Assembly: GCA_963663805.2 (NCBI GenBank)
Contig: CAXXMR010000009.1
Location: forward strand, 224,001 to 288,000
From: Sedimentisphaerales bacterium
GTDB lineage: Bacteria; Planctomycetota; Phycisphaerae; Sedimentisphaerales; SM23-30
Length of the DNA: 64,000 bases
Direction of reading: 5' to 3'
The first letter of the stretch is position 1; every line of letters begins with the position of its first letter. Under the pieces are notes generated by a model, which had not been told where the DNA came from, searched no databases, and saw only the letters and a list, made by a program, of their open reading frames with translations. Below are positions 59,399 through 64,000 of this stretch, piece by piece. The translations under genes and the position numbers were made by a program.

Positions 59399-60238
59399 TT
59401 AAGCTCTTTTCTTTTTGCCTCTTAACAACACACCAAGACCCGCGACAAGCAAAGTCAAAGTCGCTGGTTCGGGGACCATTTCAACGGAGTCATAGAACAT
59501 GACTTCATCGATATAGCCATTGAAACTTCTGCTGCGGTTGTACATGGCGCCGACAACGAGGCTTTCGCCGTTGATAGTCAGGTCGGTGCGGGGATGATAG
59601 ACCGAACTACTGACTTCCTCGACGCCGTCTACCCAGATGGCGACGTTATCAATGGTCGTTGAACCATCGTGGGAATAGCCGACATGATACCATTGGCCGA
59701 CCTCCAGATGTGTCGAATGAATAATCGATTTGCTGTTGCCGTTCTCGTCGTAATAATAGCCGTTGAGAATGCCGGTGCCGTCGGTGGTTCGCTGGGTAAC
59801 TCTGAGGAAGAACGCGTCTTTATTGGCGTTGGCGCTGTCTTTACCGCCAAAAGCGAAGATGGTGTAGGGGTTGTACCAGTCGAAGGTGTTTTCGGGGATG
59901 GCATCGAGCTTGATCCAGGCGTCGATGGTAAAGGTGTCGGTCTGGAACGAGCTCACGTCCGCGGCAGTGGTAGGCCGGAGGAAGTCGGTTTCTCCGTCGG
60001 GTCTGCCTGCGGCACCGAAAAAGTGGAAACAATTACCGCTGTAGCCGTCGGTGGACCATTCGGGATCCTGCCAAGCCGAATCGCTCGAACCACGTCTGAG
60101 GTCCGGCTGGCCGCTCACAGCATTATCGGTCCACTGACCGGTATTCTCCTCGAATGACCAGTCGCCGACAAGGGCCGCACTTGCACCTGATACCAATAAT
60201 GCCGCTGCAAATACTGTCAATAACATTCTCTTTGCCAT
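59399..60238 (-). CDS. LamG-domain PEP-CTERM protein
   Basis: Signal peptide from MAKRM; FTIDAWIK...FNGYIDEV; VPEPATLTLLVAGLGVLLRGKKKR. Confidence 0.9.
   Translation of the reverse strand: MAKRMLLTVFAAALLVSGASAALVGDWSFEENTGQWTDNAVSGQPDLRRGSSDSAWQDPEWSTDGYSGNCFHFFGAAGRPDGETDFLRPTTAADVSSFQTDTFTIDAWIKLDAIPENTFDWYNPYTIFAFGGKDSANANKDAFFLRVTQRTTDGTGILNGYYYDENGNSKSIIHSTHLEVGQWYHVGYSHDGSTTIDNVAIWVDGVEEVSSSVYHPRTDLTINGESLVVGAMYNRSRSFNGYIDEVMFYDSVEMVPEPATLTLLVAGLGVLLRGKKKRA
59483..60196 (-). repeat. Left copy of the ~710-bp inverted LamG duplication
   Basis: Collinear with 63004-63717 on the opposite strand; 60063-60166 is identical to 63034-63137. Confidence 0.9.
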
Positions 60239-60304
60239 TTTCATTCCTTCCTTCCTGTTTTGAAAAAATATAACTAAACGCACACAAAAACTTTTAACTT
60301 ATAC

Positions 60305-61339
60305 TTAAATAAATTTACCGGACTGACTGCCGGAAATGAGCCGGGGTTCAACCACCACCCGCACACCTTCATAATTGCTGGCGGTAGGATTGTCGATTTT
60401 CCAAAGCAGTTCCTGGACCGCATGATAGCCCATTGCCTCGGCCCCCAGTTCGATAGTTGCCGGCTTGGGATTGAGTCCCATCAAGGCTGCTTCGTCGTTG
60501 TCACAACCGATAATATCGACATCCACGCCAGGCCTAATGCCTTTGTCAGCCATGATCTCATAGCAGATGGCCGCCTGAATATCCAAGGGGATAAAAATCC
60601 CCGTAGCCCGGTCTTTCTCGGCCAGCCACTGGTCAATCAAGACCGCTAATGTCTGGCGGATTTCACCAATGGAAGAAAACACCCTGTTGCTGTTTGTCTC
60701 CGTAAAAATATCGGCTTTCATGCCGAGCTTCTGAGCGAAAAACTCGAAGAACTCACTTCTGGTTTTCATGGCGAGGTGTTCAGAAAACGCGTTCAGGAAG
60801 GCAACCTGCTTATGGCCCCGTTCAGCGAGATATTCAGCAGCTACCCGTCCGACCGATTCGTTACCGCTAAGCGGCAAAACCACACCTTTTTCCCGGTGAG
60901 AGCCCAGCCAGACCTTGGGAATTTTTGAAATCATCTTCATAACCCGCGGGTCATCGCAGGAGCCCGATAATATCAGGCCGTCAATTGTCCCATTAGCAAC
61001 CGCTGGCGGCAGACTAACCAAATCACCGACATAAGCATGAATCATATTCATGTGCATTTCAACGGCGGCGGAACTGACGGCGCGAGTGGTCTTGTTAAAG
61101 GTAGAGGAATAATCCTGAAGAACATCGCGACTGAGAACCAGAAAAGCAATGTTCTTCATTTTGGTAATGGGCGAATTCCTTCTTTTCTTATAGGCTTCCA
61201 GAGAATAGCCGGCACGCTCCATGGCATCTTCGATACGATGCTGAGCGTCACCAGAGACACGAGCGGTGTTATTAAGGGCCCTGGAGACCGTTGCCGGCGA
61301 GACCCCTGCCATATCTGCGATTTCGATTATTGATACCAT
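60305..61339 (-). CDS. LacI-family transcriptional regulator
   Basis: SIIEIADMAGVSPATVSRALN HTH; sugar-binding domain with IIGCDND. Confidence 0.92.
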   Translation of the reverse strand: MVSIIEIADMAGVSPATVSRALNNTARVSGDAQHRIEDAMERAGYSLEAYKKRRNSPITKMKNIAFLVLSRDVLQDYSSTFNKTTRAVSSAAVEMHMNMIHAYVGDLVSLPPAVANGTIDGLILSGSCDDPRVMKMISKIPKVWLGSHREKGVVLPLSGNESVGRVAAEYLAERGHKQVAFLNAFSEHLAMKTRSEFFEFFAQKLGMKADIFTETNSNRVFSSIGEIRQTLAVLIDQWLAEKDRATGIFIPLDIQAAICYEIMADKGIRPGVDVDIIGCDNDEAALMGLNPKPATIELGAEAMGYHAVQELLWKIDNPTASNYEGVRVVVEPRLISGSQSGKFI

Positions 61340-61345
61340 AGTAGC

Positions 61346-61386
61346 AATGTACAACCGCCTATGAAAATTGTCAAGACTTTTTTCAT
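61346..61386 (-). promoter_or_regulatory. sigma70 promoter of the lacI gene (probably leaderless) overlapped by a 26-bp imperfect palindrome
   Basis: Minus strand TTGACA (61374-61369)-N17-TACATT (61351-61346)-6 nt-ATG (61339); palindrome ATGAAAAttGTCaaGACttTTTTCAT at 61361-61386. Confidence 0.6.
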
Positions 61387-61548
61387 GATTTTTTGCAAAA
61401 TTTCCTTCTTTTGCCTTGACTTTGAGAGGCTAAATCTCGAAAATGATAGTGAAGTAGTACTGATTGAGAGGAAAAACCACTATTATTTGGCCAAAAACAG
61501 CATTGGGGGACGTAATAATAATAGCGAGGCCATCAAATCGGAGGAAAA

Positions 61549-64000
61549 ATGAAATATTTACCCGCATTACTGCTGATACTCTTGCTAATTACCAGTCCGA
61601 CACTGGGCCGCTCTGTATCTGAGGTAATGCCCAGCGGCGGGACGGGTTTTGACCCATGGAACCAGACTCGCTGGGCAGATTGGTATGACGGCAGCGGCAA
61701 TCTGGTCGAGCCGTTCGAGATTGATGTTTCGCTGACTTTTGCGACGCGGACAACGTCGTGGTGGTTTGACTCTACGCAGGTAGCTAAAATCCTGGGTGGG
61801 CTGCCTTCGGTATTTCTGGTGACCGAAAACAGTGATATTATTATCGACGGCAATGGGATTGTCATTGATACCCGCCCCAGCGCCGACCTCAGCCGCAGCT
61901 TATACTATTACTATACGAACATGATTAACCTCGATAACTATTCAATGGAAAACTGCTTTTTGTTCTGTCAGAGCGACTACTCACCTGCCGACACGAACGT
62001 AAGCGAAATCCACAATATGACAATTAAAGGCTTCTCCCGTGGCATAGCTTTTCATCACGAACATCGCCGGAAAGTCGTGGCTGAAAATATCAATTTCATC
62101 CGCAACCACTGGGGAGTATTCCCCCGCGGCCAGAACGGCCATATCGTCAATTGCGTGTTCAAGGAAAATACCCTGGGCGGGTTCTACTGTGAATACAATT
62201 CATATGACTGGATAATCGAAGGCAATACGTTTAAGGATAATGACACACGCGGGGTCAAGTCTTATGGCGACATCGTGGTGGATGCCTGCCGTGATTTTCT
62301 TATTACCGGGAATGTATTTCAGACGGCAACCTATTTCACCAGACCATACCACACCGCTATTTCACTTTATCGTAATCGCGGCGAGAATCTGGACGTCAGA
62401 GAGCTGGCCGCTCGCGATAATATGATTATCGGCAACACGTTTCATGATTATAATATCGCAATAGATTTCGCCCCGCGGCAGGGTGTTGCCAGCAACAATG
62501 ACAGCACCGAAGAAACCCGCTGCTATACGATGGATAATACCGTAAACGCCAATACATTCTACGATTGTAAAATCGCGGTTCTGTTGCGGAGCAATTATAC
62601 GACTATCAAAAACAATATGTTCAATGACTGCAATATTGACATGGCCCTGCTGAATATGTTCTACGCCGTGCATCACAACACTATTGACGAACCTGGTGAT
62701 GATTTATGGCTGTGGTCACTGGAAAGCGAATACAGCAGTTATGCAAGCTATCTGGGATATACCAACCAAACTGGCTGGGACATTCCGAGGAGTGAAAAGT
62801 TTTTTCATATTATCTGTCCCGGTGATTATCCGGTGGTTCACAATAACGGCGGAGCGGAATTTCTTTGTGCTGATTCGGTGGTTGTGCCTGACCACTGTGA
62901 CATAAACAGCGATTTACTGGTTGACATAAACGACCTTTGCCACATCGCAGAGGACTGGCTGGACACAGGGACATCCATACCTTATACCAATCAGACTACC
63001 GAATTGGCTTCGGGTGTCAGTGCGGTCCTTATTGGCGACTGGTCATTCGAGGAGAATACCGGTCAGTGGACCGATAATGCTGTGAGCGGCCAGCCGGACC
63101 TCAGACGTGGTTCGAGCGATTCGGCTTGGCAGGATCCGGAATGGTCCAGCGCTGGTTACAGCGGCAACTGTTTCCATTTTATCAGCGCCGCTGGTCGGCC
63201 TGATGGCGAAACTGATTTTTTGCGTCCGACCAGTGCCGCTGATTTAAGCTCATTCCAGACCAGCACCTTTACTGTCGAGGCCTGGATCAAGCTGGATTCG
63301 ATTCCCGAAAACACTTTCGACGGGTACAATCCCTACACGATCATTTCTTTTGGCGGCAAGGACAGCGCCAACGCCAATAAGGACGCGTTTTTCCTGAGAG
63401 TCACCCAGCGTTCCAGCGACGGCACGGGCATACTGAATGGTTACTATTATGATGAAAACGGCACAGGTAAATCAACTATTCATTCGGCTCATCTTGAGGT
63501 TGGCCAGTGGTATCATGTTGGTTATTCCCATGATGGTTCAGCCACGATTTATAATATCGCCATCTGGGTCGATGGTGTCAAAGAAGTAGGCAGTTCGGCG
63601 AATCATCCTCGTACCGACCTGACTATCAACGGCGAAAGTCTGGTTGTTGGCGCGATGTACAATCGCGCCCGCGGGTTCAATGGCTATATCGACGAAGTGA
63701 AGTTCTATACCTCCGTTTATGACAGCCATGTTAATCTTAATGACTATTCTGTCTGTGCCGAAAGATGGCAGCAGGAAAGCGACCGTCTGGATTTTTATTC
63801 GGTTGATTTTCAGCAGCCTTTGGATATAGCCGTGGGCGATATGGCGGTATTCGAACAAGGTGACGAACTCGCGATTATCTGGGATGAGCCGGTATCGAAT
63901 ATCTCCGGCACCGATTATTATACCATCGCGATTTTTGACCAGAGGGGTAACGAACTGGACCGCTGCGGCAGAAGCTCACGCCGCTGGAGCAAAATCGTCG
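61549..64000 (+). CDS. 3'-truncated large secreted protein: right-handed beta-helix + dockerin-like + LamG + further domain (absent from the ORF track)
   Basis: GGAGG RBS; MKYLPALLLILLLITSPTLG signal; IIEGNTFKDN/LITGNVF/IIGNTFHD repeats; CDINSDLLVDINDLCHIAEDWL; LamG copy. I read no stop codon up to the window end. Confidence 0.85.
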   Translation, partial: MKYLPALLLILLLITSPTLGRSVSEVMPSGGTGFDPWNQTRWADWYDGSGNLVEPFEIDVSLTFATRTTSWWFDSTQVAKILGGLPSVFLVTENSDIIIDGNGIVIDTRPSADLSRSLYYYYTNMINLDNYSMENCFLFCQSDYSPADTNVSEIHNMTIKGFSRGIAFHHEHRRKVVAENINFIRNHWGVFPRGQNGHIVNCVFKENTLGGFYCEYNSYDWIIEGNTFKDNDTRGVKSYGDIVVDACRDFLITGNVFQTATYFTRPYHTAISLYRNRGENLDVRELAARDNMIIGNTFHDYNIAIDFAPRQGVASNNDSTEETRCYTMDNTVNANTFYDCKIAVLLRSNYTTIKNNMFNDCNIDMALLNMFYAVHHNTIDEPGDDLWLWSLESEYSSYASYLGYTNQTGWDIPRSEKFFHIICPGDYPVVHNNGGAEFLCADSVVVPDHCDINSDLLVDINDLCHIAEDWLDTGTSIPYTNQTTELASGVSAVLIGDWSFEENTGQWTDNAVSGQPDLRRGSSDSAWQDPEWSSAGYSGNCFHFISAAGRPDGETDFLRPTSAADLSSFQTSTFTVEAWIKLDSIPENTFDGYNPYTIISFGGKDSANANKDAFFLRVTQRSSDGTGILNGYYYDENGTGKSTIHSAHLEVGQWYHVGYSHDGSATIYNIAIWVDGVKEVGSSANHPRTDLTINGESLVVGAMYNRARGFNGYIDEVKFYTSVYDSHVNLNDYSVCAERWQQESDRLDFYSVDFQQPLDIAVGDMAVFEQGDELAIIWDEPVSNISGTDYYTIAIFDQRGNELDRCGRSSRRWSKIV
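63004..63717 (+). repeat. Right copy of the ~710-bp inverted LamG duplication
   Basis: Encodes SGVSAVLIGDWSFEENTGQW...FNGYIDEVKFY, nearly the same as the PEP-CTERM LamG protein. Confidence 0.9.

Noticed and set aside
59483..63717. Diversity-generating retroelement TR/VR pair
   Set aside because: No reverse transcriptase in the window, the repeat is about 710 bp with both copies coding, and mismatches are not adenine-specific.
1..64000. tRNA, rRNA, integrase, phage or defence genes
   Set aside because: None recognised; intergenic gaps are short and accounted for by promoters, operators, terminators or repeats.

Overview
Bacterial chromosomal window, very probably from a Planctomycete of class Phycisphaerae. 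This is inferred from the PEP-CTERM proteins, DxNxDCxVDxxDF dockerin-like tails, H-X9-DG prepilins and the PilB-PilT-PilB-PilC order. It has three blocks. (1) 1-4511: carbohydrate genes (six-hairpin GH fragment, GH5, galM) and a GAF-PP2C phosphatase. (2) 4859-29161: a type IV filament locus (two PilB/GspE ATPases, PilT, PilC, six pilin/pseudopilin genes), a REP-like hairpin mosaic, an intact IS4 element (26-bp TIRs, 9-bp TSD), a PEP-CTERM/glycosylation cluster, apbE and an EF-G paralog. (3) 29446-64000: a glycan-utilisation island of three parallel cassettes. Each cassette has a sugar-type regulator, one H-X9-DG/DUF1559-like prepilin, secreted proteins with dockerin-like or PEP-CTERM tails and BNR/sialidase-like or other glycan enzymes. 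Each also carries its own signature extracellular domain copied into several genes. Five XylR-type operators (two variants, 21-bp half-site spacing) are readable directly. A roughly 710-bp inverted LamG duplication flanks the lacI gene. A large ORF starting at 61549 and running off the end is missing from the ORF track. I found no rRNA, tRNA or CRISPR array. All functional calls come from motif recognition by eye, not database searches.
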